A DNA stretch of 30,962 bases from a virus. Taxonomy: Duplodnaviria; Caudoviricetes. Shown here one piece after another: positions 17,464-24,873 of the stretch. The position numbers were made by a program, and so were the translations under genes. Where the stretch lies: positions 1 through 30,962 of the IMG/VR virus record IMGVR_UViG_3300047480_000799; one strand, given 5' to 3'. A model generated the notes under the pieces. That model had not been told where the DNA came from, did no database searches, and worked only from the letters and a program-made list of their open reading frames with translations. Numbering within the stretch: position 1 is the first letter of the stretch; each line of letters opens with the position of its first letter.

Positions 17464-17554
17464 GGCGGGGAAAGAGTAACAGTAAAAACCAATCGGCGCA
17501 AGTATTTTTTTTGATTATTTTCTAAAAAAAGTTTGTCATACGTGCAAAAAACAC

Positions 17555-17695
17555 TTGACAAAAGTCTAACGGAAAACGCTTTTTTTACTTGTTAGGAGCC
17601 TAACAACCTGCGTAAACCATTGATTTTCAATCACTTACGGCAAAACGACCCCGAAGGGGTCGCGTCGATGTAAGTCGTTGAGTATCAACGACTTA
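17555..17695. repeat. 83-bp element copy 7 with upstream TTGACA block
   Basis: Core 17613-17695 (loop GAA); TTGACA 58 bp before the core. Confidence 0.95.
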
Positions 17696-17750
17696 TGACG
17701 ATTCGCGATGTGTAAGCCAACCCCTTTCGGGGCTGGCTGTGTGTTTTCCG

Positions 17751-17900
17751 TTAGACGAACTCCAGAGTGCCTAACGGAACTTCATCCTCACGCCCATCCT
17801 CAAAGCGGATGAGGGCGCGATTTCCAACTGGAGTATTGACAACTTCGACAAGCTCAACTTCTGAGCCACAGTAAATGACGGTTTCGATTTCTTCAATCAT
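17751..17900 (-). CDS. 49-aa small beta-rich protein
   Basis: MIEEIETV...; TTGACT promoter directly upstream. Confidence 0.6.
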   Translation of the reverse strand: MIEEIETVIYCGSEVELVEVVNTPVGNRALIRFEDGREDEVPLGTLEFV

Positions 17901-18008
17901 GGCGAGAGAAAGATAGTTTATTTTTGCGGATAAGTCAACAAGTTTTTTTACTTTTTTTTGCATTTTGAGGGGAGCGGCGAAACAAAAAGCCGCCCCCCTC
18001 TGCCATGC

Positions 18009-18305
18009 TCAATCCACCACGATTGAAAATTGTTTTTCAATGCCGCCGCATTTGAAATGCGTAACCTTTTCAGGCATAAAACTAAAGTATGTATCACGAT
18101 TGCGATTCACGGCAAACATGTAGCCTTGCTGACGAAGAGCGGTGGTCGCTGGCGAGCCAGTTCCTTTAACCAGCTTTGAAAAGCGGTCTTTTGCGTTAAT
18201 GGTGCGCATCGTTCCATCTTTCTTTTGGAAAGTGATAGAAAAGAAACGTCCTTTTGTTGCGTCGATGAGTTGTGCGATTTCGGATTGTGTTGCGGTGTGT
18301 TGCAT
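18009..18305 (-). CDS. SH3 beta-barrel (WYL_2/DUF2693-like) protein
   Basis: FFSITFQKKDGTMRTI motif. Confidence 0.65.
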   Translation of the reverse strand: MQHTATQSEIAQLIDATKGRFFSITFQKKDGTMRTINAKDRFSKLVKGTGSPATTALRQQGYMFAVNRNRDTYFSFMPEKVTHFKCGGIEKQFSIVVD

Positions 18306-18377
18306 AGTTTTGTTTTGTTTGTTGTTAGTAGGCGAGAGAAAGTTAGTTGTTTTGGGGGGGGGTTGTCAAGATTTTTT

Positions 18378-18557
18378 TTAATTGTTTTTGATGTAGTTTT
18401 GAATGTGGGCGAGAGCGTAGCAAGTAGCTCCAAAAACAAAAAAGCAGATAGCGTCAAAGACTTCACTTTTGCCCCGATAGATGGCGAAAGCGCAGAAGCT
18501 GAAAATTGGAGATAGGGTGAGTAAGGCGGAACCGACGATGGTGGCGATGTGTTTCAT
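18378..18557 (-). CDS. 59-aa two-TM membrane protein
   Basis: Translated by hand (MKHIATIVGSALLTLSPIFSFCAFAIY...AICFFVFGATCYAL); TTGACA upstream. Confidence 0.6.
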   Translation of the reverse strand: MKHIATIVGSALLTLSPIFSFCAFAIYRGKSEVFDAICFFVFGATCYALAHIQNYIKNN

Positions 18558-18617
18558 GATGGAGTATTGGTTGCGGGGAAAGAATAGTTTATTTTTGCAG
18601 TATTGTCAACAAGTTTT

Positions 18618-18851
18618 TTATGCAAGTGCGCGTTTTGCGCGAAAAGTTTTCAACAGTCTTGCCGCCTCTTTGCGAGAAACAAAAACCGCCACAGCCATAT
18701 TTGCGCCGCCGAAAACGACAAGCTCCTCATGAGATTTGAAACGGCGCGAGCGTGTCATCTCGAAAAGGTCACAATCGTATTTTGTGCGTTCTGCGGTGCG
18801 AGTAGTGGTGAATTTTCCGTTTGAGTTTGTCTTGATGAATTGGTATGTCAT
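18618..18851 (-). CDS. Hypothetical basic protein
   Basis: Start MTYQF directly behind a TTGACT promoter. Confidence 0.65.
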   Translation of the reverse strand: MTYQFIKTNSNGKFTTTRTAERTKYDCDLFEMTRSRRFKSHEELVVFGGANMAVAVFVSRKEAARLLKTFRAKRALA

Positions 18852-18943
18852 GGCGAGGAAAGAATACTCTTTTTTGCGCGGATAGTCAACATTTTTTTTT
18901 GATTTATTTTCCGAAAAAAGTTTGTCATACTTGTAAAAAACGC

Positions 18944-19083
18944 TTGACAAAAGTCTAACGAAAAACGCTTTTTTGACTTGTTAGATAGCCTCGACACGAA
19001 TAAACCGTTGATTTTCAACAACTTACAGCAAAACGACCCCTTCGGGGTCGCCTCGACGTAAGTCGTTGATTTTCAACGACTTA
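18944..19083. repeat. 83-bp element copy 8 with upstream TTGACA block
   Basis: Core 19001-19083 (loop TTC); TTGACA 57 bp before the core. Confidence 0.95.
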
Positions 19084-19115
19084 TGACGATAAGCAACAAA
19101 ACAGTTGTCGAGTTT

Positions 19116-19340
19116 TTAGTCGCGCAACTGCACAAATTGCAAGCATTTCCAACCGACCCAACCTTTGCCATCATTGAAAACAGCTGTCTTTTCATCCCAG
19201 TAAGAAAAGATGCCGCGATTGGTATTGACTCCAGGCTTGAGTTGAGCGGCAATCTCTTCGCGCATCTCTTCGAGATCAGCTTCGATTTCCTTGCTGCGTG
19301 TGATTTGGTATGAGGGGCAGTGTGAATGGGGATGTCGCAT
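19116..19340 (-). CDS. Hypothetical protein (single-gene cassette)
   Basis: Only ORF between copies 8 and 9; TTGTGT-N17-TAAACT upstream. Confidence 0.65.
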   Translation of the reverse strand: MRHPHSHCPSYQITRSKEIEADLEEMREEIAAQLKPGVNTNRGIFSYWDEKTAVFNDGKGWVGWKCLQFVQLRD

Positions 19341-19432
19341 AACGAGAAAAGTTTAACCTAGAACCAACAAAAACACAAGAACTTTTTTCTATTTTTCGCA
19401 AAAAAGTTTTTTCAGAAAAGCGCGTTTTTTTC

Positions 19433-19572
19433 TTGACAAGAGTCTAACGAAAACCACTTTTTAAGCCGTTTGGACTCTAACGGCTTGCGTAAATCGTTGA
19501 TTTTCAACAACTTACGGCAAAACGACCCCGAAGGGGTCGCGTCGATGTAAGTCGTTGATTTTCAACAACTTA
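19433..19572. repeat. 83-bp element copy 9 with upstream TTGACA block
   Basis: Core 19490-19572 (loop GAA); TTGACA 57 bp before the core. Confidence 0.95.
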
Positions 19573-19613
19573 TTGAGGCAATCGACGCGCCACTTTGTCA
19601 AGCTTTTTTTTAT

Positions 19614-19670
19614 TTATTTTCGGTCTGCCAGCAGGAACAAAAGCACCGCAACAATCAAGAAAAAAATCAT
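19614..19670 (-). CDS. 18-aa hydrophobic peptide
   Basis: MIFFLIVAVLLFLLADRK, starting 15 nt after the GP88 paralogue 2 stop. Confidence 0.5.
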   Translation of the reverse strand: MIFFLIVAVLLFLLADRK

Positions 19671-19685
19671 TTTTTTCGTTAGGTG

Positions 19686-20381
19686 TTAGTGTTCGATCAC
19701 AAAGCCGCTTTCATCTTTCTTTGCCTTGCCTTTCTCGACAAGTCCGATGATGTTTCCCGAACCATCGAGAAAGCGCAAATCTGTATCATCGCCATTGACG
19801 ACTTGCACTCCCAAGTATTGAGAGGGAAGAGACTTGCGAAAAACCATTGCAACATTGCCGCCCGATTTAAGAATTGATTCAGCTATTGCGCCGTTAGTCT
19901 CCGAACGTGAGAAAGTCAAGTGATAATTTTTTGGCATTTCACCAGCAAGAAAAGCCGTCATGCGTTCGGGGCTTTTGGTGTAATCGTAAAACCAGCACTG
20001 CGGAAACATGTCAAAGATATTGCGCCCGTTCAATTTGATTTTTTCCCATGGCAAGTCACTTGTGAGATTCAAGCGGAAAGTTGCGACCATGCCATTTTTT
20101 TGAGCGGATTTGATAGCAGAAGAGATTTCTTTAATGAGCTGCGCCATGAATGACGCTTTATCTTTGAAAAACAATTTTGTTTTTTCAATTCTTGCGCGTT
20201 GCACGTTGGAATAGACTCCCATACCAGCGGTATTGAGACAAGCGGCGGCACATCCTGGAGATGCGTCTTTACAGACGTTGAAACCTGATAGACTAGCGGG
20301 GGCAAGGTGAATGCCGAAAGTTTTGTAACCGTGTTTTTCACCTTTTCGGATTTTTGTATTGGCGGTAGTAAGTAATTTCAT
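19686..20381 (-). CDS. Gene product 88 (GP88) family protein, paralogue 2
   Basis: Same motifs as 13529-14248, colinear along the full length. Confidence 0.8.
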   Translation of the reverse strand: MKLLTTANTKIRKGEKHGYKTFGIHLAPASLSGFNVCKDASPGCAAACLNTAGMGVYSNVQRARIEKTKLFFKDKASFMAQLIKEISSAIKSAQKNGMVATFRLNLTSDLPWEKIKLNGRNIFDMFPQCWFYDYTKSPERMTAFLAGEMPKNYHLTFSRSETNGAIAESILKSGGNVAMVFRKSLPSQYLGVQVVNGDDTDLRFLDGSGNIIGLVEKGKAKKDESGFVIEH

Positions 20382-20427
20382 GACGGGGAAAAGTTAGCAG
20401 ATTGAGGGATTTTGTCAATAGTTTTTT

Positions 20428-20601
20428 TTATTGTTTTTCTAAAGTATCGGAAAGCATGACAAGCAAGCCCATCGAACCAACAAAGCAAGCAATGCAAGCA
20501 ACGTGAACATGCGTTTCGCAAGATTGCGCTCCCGTGATGATTGCGAAAGCGGCAACGGAAAGAATAAGGGCGGTGAGTGTAAAGATAGCAAAGTATTTCA
20601 T
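20428..20601 (-). CDS. 57-aa two-TM membrane protein
   Basis: Two hydrophobic segments; TTGCGC promoter directly upstream. Confidence 0.6.
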   Translation of the reverse strand: MKYFAIFTLTALILSVAAFAIITGAQSCETHVHVACIACFVGSMGLLVMLSDTLEKQ

Positions 20602-20692
20602 GACGCGCAAAGAGTAGCATTTCAGAGACTAACGCGCAAGTATTTTTTTCTATTTTTTATTTATTTTTTTTGTGTTATGGCTTATTTTTTTC

Positions 20693-20832
20693 TTGACAAA
20701 AGCCTAACGAAAACCGTTTTTTGACTTGTTAGAAGTCTAACAATCTGCGTAAACCGTTGATTTTCAACAACTTACGGCAAAACGACCCCGAAGGGGTCGC
20801 GTCGATGTAAGTCGTTGATTTTCAACAACTTA
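20693..20832. repeat. 83-bp element copy 10 with upstream TTGACA block
   Basis: Core 20750-20832 (loop GAA); TTGACA 57 bp before the core. Confidence 0.95.
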
Positions 20833-20904
20833 TGACGATTGTGTTTTTTGTTGTTTTTTTTCTTGACAGGGGAGCCGATCTTGCGACCGACTCCCCCGCT
20901 GTTG

Positions 20905-21156
20905 TCAGACCACAAGGTCAATACCAGCAAGATGCAAGTTGCGGTATTTGCTTTCGCCATTGTCGTCTACATCTAACGCTTTCACGGTGACATAACGCTT
21001 GCCATTCTTGGCAAAGGCGACATTTTCAACCGCTTCAATTTTCAGGACGCGAACGCCGTCAGCTTTCAGCTTTGACTTTTCCGCAAAGTAGCGAACGGTT
21101 TTGTTGACGAGGGCGGAAACGAGTTTTTCAGTTGGTGTATTGTAGTCGAAGAACAT
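20905..21156 (-). CDS. Hypothetical small beta-rich protein
   Basis: Own TTGACA promoter, 38 nt from -35 start to ATG. Confidence 0.7.
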   Translation of the reverse strand: MFFDYNTPTEKLVSALVNKTVRYFAEKSKLKADGVRVLKIEAVENVAFAKNGKRYVTVKALDVDDNGESKYRNLHLAGIDLVV

Positions 21157-21207
21157 AACGAGGAAAAGATAAAGGATTTTTGCGAGTTTGTCAATTATTT
21201 TTTTTGA

Positions 21208-21396
21208 TTATTTCAACAAAGCAGCAATGCTCGAAAGCTCAAAAAACAATCCTAAGCAACAAATCACTCCCAGACTAGCAAGAACATGATGAATGCTTTC
21301 GCTAGAATTGATTCCTAAGCAAAAGCAGAGAATCATAAGAGCAATGAGCAACAAAGAACAAGAAAACAAAAGAACAAACTGAGTGAAGCTTCTCAT
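21208..21396 (-). CDS. 62-aa two-TM membrane protein
   Basis: Start MRSFTQ behind TTGACT; two hydrophobic segments. Confidence 0.6.
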   Translation of the reverse strand: MRSFTQFVLLFSCSLLLIALMILCFCLGINSSESIHHVLASLGVICCLGLFFELSSIAALLK

Positions 21397-21487
21397 GACG
21401 GGGAAAGTGTAAGGTTTTTTTTGTGTGTAAGTCAACAATTTTTTTTTGATTTTTTTGTGGGGGCTTTCGCCCCCGTTAGACTTTGCT

Positions 21488-21757
21488 TCAGTCTTGATAC
21501 GATTGCGCAATTTCTAACGCATGGAGCAAAGCAATTTTTGCCTCATGCTCTTCTTCCTCACAAAGCTCATAATCCGAGCCATCTTCTAACGTGGAAGAAA
21601 GAATCTCAAAACTATCAACAGGCGGCGTATCATAGTCGCCAAAATCGGAAAAGAAATGACCCTCGACGCAAACGTCGAAAGAACCAATGACGTTAAACTT
21701 GTCATCGAATTGCTCAATGGTGATAAAGGCGGTGACGGTGTGTGATGAACTGGACAT
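21488..21757 (-). CDS. Hypothetical acidic protein
   Basis: TTGCGC-N17-TACCAT ends 6 nt upstream of ATG 21757; terminator-like hairpin GGGGGC-TTTC-GCCCCC after the stop. Confidence 0.7.
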   Translation of the reverse strand: MSSSSHTVTAFITIEQFDDKFNVIGSFDVCVEGHFFSDFGDYDTPPVDSFEILSSTLEDGSDYELCEEEEHEAKIALLHALEIAQSYQD

Positions 21758-22068
21758 GCGCAAATGGTAATGCAAAAACAGGTGAAGCGCAAGAACTTTT
21801 TTCGTGTTTTGTGAAGATTTTTTTTGTGTCATGCGAGAAGAAAACGGTTGACAACCACCCCCCCATTTCTCAAAAAAATTGTTAGACGCTTCTGCGCTGC
21901 GCGGGGGGGGGATACTTTCCTCATTCTCCCAACACAAACGCAAACAAACCACACACCCTCCCCCCATTTCTCGGGCGCGATTGCGCCAACACAGAAAAAC
22001 CCCAAAAAACTTCAAAAAAAAATCCCAGACCCTGTTTTCACAAAACCTTTTATAAACACAAAAAAAAT

Positions 22069-22074
22069 GTGTAA
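22069..22074 (+). promoter_or_regulatory. Putative phage late promoter GTGTAA-N9-ATG
   Basis: Same motif and spacing at 22937-22942 and 29947-29952; N8 variant before the HNH gene. Confidence 0.65.
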
Positions 22075-22083
22075 TAAACAGAG

Positions 22084-22932
22084 ATGTCTATCATACGCTA
22101 CGAAAATATTAGAATCTCTATGCCCCGAAACAGTTTTGGAGCAACTGGATCGTTTGTAGCGCTAGCAACAGATGTGAAGATTTCTAACGCCGCGAAACTA
22201 GCTAGGCAGTCTTATCTTGCCCCAAATCTAATTCCTGATATGAGAGTAGGAGGCAATGCAGACACAAAGCTTTCTTTTTCTTACCCTGTTTGCAACAAGC
22301 TTCTCAATGATAATTTGGCGCAAAACTCTTTTAATTTCGCATCTGGCGTGTTTGCGAATGATCTTACTGGATTCAACAGTGTAGATCTTACTGTTGGCGA
22401 TAGAATCTTTAGCGGTTGTTATCTCGACGATTTTTCAATCGACATTGCGCCGTTTCAACCAGTGATGATGAATGTGAACTTTACATGCACAATTCCTCCC
22501 CATGGATTACCTTTTGTTTCGGGGCAAGCGCTGTCTCCAATAGAAACATCCAAGAAAGTTGCGTATGGTCACTTTGCAGAAGTTTCGGGGACAACAAACT
22601 ACTCTGCGCCAATTCAATCGAATGTGTCTTATTCTATGAGCTTCAAGAGAACATATTCTTATGCTGTTTCAAAAAGATTTCCCAACAGCGTGTTTCTTGA
22701 TGAGGTAAACAAACAAGTAAACATTAAATCGACAAACATCAATCAGTTCATCAACGAGTCAGGAGCTTTCGGGGCAATGAACATCAATCTAAAAAACGAA
22801 CTCGGGGAACTTGTTTTGCCGCAAAACACTCTTTTTGTTTCAACAGAAGCTAGGCTCAGCGCTCAAAATCTATCTGCCCAGCCTGGAAATATTTTAACCG
22901 CAGACGTAACTATTGACGAAGCTGTTCTATAA
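22084..22932 (+). CDS. Hypothetical protein, probably virion structural (tail tube-like)
   Basis: 282 aa, beta-strand-like and S/N/F-rich; late-type motif upstream; function is inferred. Confidence 0.6.
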   Translation: MSIIRYENIRISMPRNSFGATGSFVALATDVKISNAAKLARQSYLAPNLIPDMRVGGNADTKLSFSYPVCNKLLNDNLAQNSFNFASGVFANDLTGFNSVDLTVGDRIFSGCYLDDFSIDIAPFQPVMMNVNFTCTIPPHGLPFVSGQALSPIETSKKVAYGHFAEVSGTTNYSAPIQSNVSYSMSFKRTYSYAVSKRFPNSVFLDEVNKQVNIKSTNINQFINESGAFGAMNINLKNELGELVLPQNTLFVSTEARLSAQNLSAQPGNILTADVTIDEAVL

Positions 22933-22951
22933 ATAGGTGTAAAAGATACAA

Positions 22952-23683
22952 ATGCCTAAAAAAAGATTTAGTCAGTCGGACTCGGTTGAGATTCAGTTGA
23001 ATCAAGCGAGCAAAATCAAAACTAAAAAAAAGAACTTCAAGTTCACCCCAAAACAAGTTCAATTACTTGGGATGCTTTTAGACCCCGAAAATAAAATCAT
23101 TTTTATATCTGGAGCAGCGGGAACTTCTAAGACATACATGGCGCTTTATGCAGCTATCGAGATGATGTCAGAAGACAGCAACAAGCAGCTTCTTTATATT
23201 CGTAGCATTATCGAAAGTGCTGATAAAGGATTAGGTAGCTTACCTGGTGATATTTCTGAGAAGTTCGATCCGTTCCTGATGCCTCTCTATGATAAGCTTG
23301 AGGAGATTGTTGTGCCGCAAGATATGGCGCATCTTAAATCAACAGGAAGAATCAGTGCCGTGCCTATCAACTTTTTGCGTGGCGCAAGTTGGACTGACAA
23401 AATTATTGTCGCGGATGAAGCTCAAAACTTTTCCGCCAAAGAACTTATTACTTTGATTACCCGAATTGGCGAAGGTTCCAAGATTATTATCTGCGGCGAT
23501 GCTATGCAAAGCGATATTGGTAAGCTGAAAACAGGTTTCTCGCCCATGATGGGAATTTTCAATGATGAAGAAAGTAAGCAAAAAGGAATTCAAACATTCG
23601 TGTTTACTAAAGATGATATTGTTCGCAGTGAAATCTTGAAATTCATTGTCAAAAAACTCGAAGACGGCGACTTTCATGTGTAA
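22952..23683 (+). CDS. phoH: PhoH-family ATPase
   Basis: GAAGTSKT Walker A, LGSLPGD, NFLRGASW, IIVADEAQN, ITRIGEGSK, GDAMQSD, DIVRS. Confidence 0.92.
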   Translation: MPKKRFSQSDSVEIQLNQASKIKTKKKNFKFTPKQVQLLGMLLDPENKIIFISGAAGTSKTYMALYAAIEMMSEDSNKQLLYIRSIIESADKGLGSLPGDISEKFDPFLMPLYDKLEEIVVPQDMAHLKSTGRISAVPINFLRGASWTDKIIVADEAQNFSAKELITLITRIGEGSKIIICGDAMQSDIGKLKTGFSPMMGIFNDEESKQKGIQTFVFTKDDIVRSEILKFIVKKLEDGDFHV

Positions 23684-23689
23684 ATAAAG

Positions 23690-23750
23690 GTGCAGGGTTA
23701 CACAACGCACGCAGCGAAATGCCGATTGATATAACGTGTATTCCCTGTAT
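23690..23750 (+). ncRNA. Candidate small hairpin RNA
   Basis: TGCAGGGTTACAC...GTGTATTCCCTGTA stem directly downstream of a GTGTAA motif (23678-23683). Confidence 0.3.
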
Positions 23751-23802
23751 CTTCGTGTCTATTTTTTTGTTGAAAAATCAATAAAAAAACGCATCATTAT
23801 GT

Positions 23803-24183
23803 ATGAGCGCTATATATTGTTCTGAATGCGGCAAAAAGCATGAGTATAATCTCGCCAAGCCCAACTTCTGCTCTTCCTGCGGCACGCCATTTAGTCCCGT
23901 TAAAAAGAAGATGAAAGAAAAAGAAGAGGAAATGGATGACGACGACGAAGAAGAAGACGACGAGGAAGATGATGATGAAGATGACGGAGAATCTTATTCT
24001 AATTCTCGATCAGTTCCATCTATCAGAAAGTTCCAAGTAGATATTGAAGCATCGTCTCAATACAACACTTTCTCGCTTGGTTCTATCCTTGGCTCAGAAG
24101 CTAATCCTGCGCCAAAAACAGCTGCCTCTTCGAGAAGAAAAGGCGCAAAAACCCTAGAAGACTTTAAACAAAGCAAAAAATAA
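23803..24183 (+). CDS. Zinc-ribbon protein with acidic tract
   Basis: CSECG...NFCSSCG followed by a long D/E run. Confidence 0.8.
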   Translation: MSAIYCSECGKKHEYNLAKPNFCSSCGTPFSPVKKKMKEKEEEMDDDDEEEDDEEDDDEDDGESYSNSRSVPSIRKFQVDIEASSQYNTFSLGSILGSEANPAPKTAASSRRKGAKTLEDFKQSKK

Positions 24184-24873
24184 GTGGAAGAACCTCGCAT
24201 AAAGACATACGAAGAGTGTTATCATATAATTGACTCTGTTGTTTCAAAATATCAGAACAAGTGGCGGCTTAACGCTATCAACTGGTTCGATTTTGAAGAC
24301 GTAGCGCAAATCATCAAAACCCATATCTTCAAAAAATGGGATATGTGGGATCAAAGCAGACCGCTTGAGCCTTGGGTTTCAAGAATTGCCTCGCACCAAA
24401 TCAAAAACATTGTGCGCAACAATTACACCAATTACGTGAAGCCTTGTATGTCTTGTCCTCACAACATGGGCGACAACTTATGCTCTCTTACTTCCTCTGG
24501 CGAACAAAATTCTTCATGCTCGATGTATGCAAAATGGGCAAAGTCAAAAAGACAAGGCTATGGAGTCAAAATGCCGCTTGCTATGGAAAATCATCAGCAA
24601 GAAATAGATTCTTTCACAGATTCTGGCGTAGACTTCACAAGTGTTATAGATCGTCTCAACAGCATACTTAAAAAAGAACTTTCTGCTGAGCATTATAAAG
24701 TTTACATGATGTTGTTTTTTGAAAATGCATCGGAAGATGATGTAGCTCAATACATGGGCTACAAAACATCAGAAAAAAACCGAGCAGCAGGATACAAACA
24801 AATCAAAAACCTAAAAAAAATGCTCAAAGAGAAAGTCCAAGAAATTATTGAGAAAAACGATATAGTTCTATGA
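24184..24873 (+). CDS. Phage RNA polymerase sigma factor (sigma70/ECF-like)
   Basis: Region-2-like FEDVAQ...WD.SRPLEPWVSRIASHQIKN; C-terminal HTH (SEDDVAQYMGY); Cys-rich insert. Confidence 0.7.
   Translation: MEEPRIKTYEECYHIIDSVVSKYQNKWRLNAINWFDFEDVAQIIKTHIFKKWDMWDQSRPLEPWVSRIASHQIKNIVRNNYTNYVKPCMSCPHNMGDNLCSLTSSGEQNSSCSMYAKWAKSKRQGYGVKMPLAMENHQQEIDSFTDSGVDFTSVIDRLNSILKKELSAEHYKVYMMLFFENASEDDVAQYMGYKTSEKNRAAGYKQIKNLKKMLKEKVQEIIEKNDIVL

Noticed and set aside
13508-20724. Plus-strand ORFs in the island (e.g. 13508-13921, 18225-18515, 19920-20153)
   Set aside because: They overlap better-supported minus-strand genes that have their own promoters.
12933-20832. Canonical integron attC array or dif/Xer sites
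   Set aside because: No integrase in the window; genes carry their own promoters; the CTAAC..GTTAG pairs span only about 34 bp; the boxes are 11-3-11 rather than 11-6-11.
20772-20960. 62-aa minus-strand ORF through repeat copy 10
   Set aside because: Overlaps the 20905-21156 gene out of frame and reads through the non-coding element.
21758-22159. N-terminal extension of ORF 21488-22015 and ORF 21824-22159
   Set aside because: Low-complexity translations of the homopolymer-rich intergenic region; a promoter supports the start at 21757.
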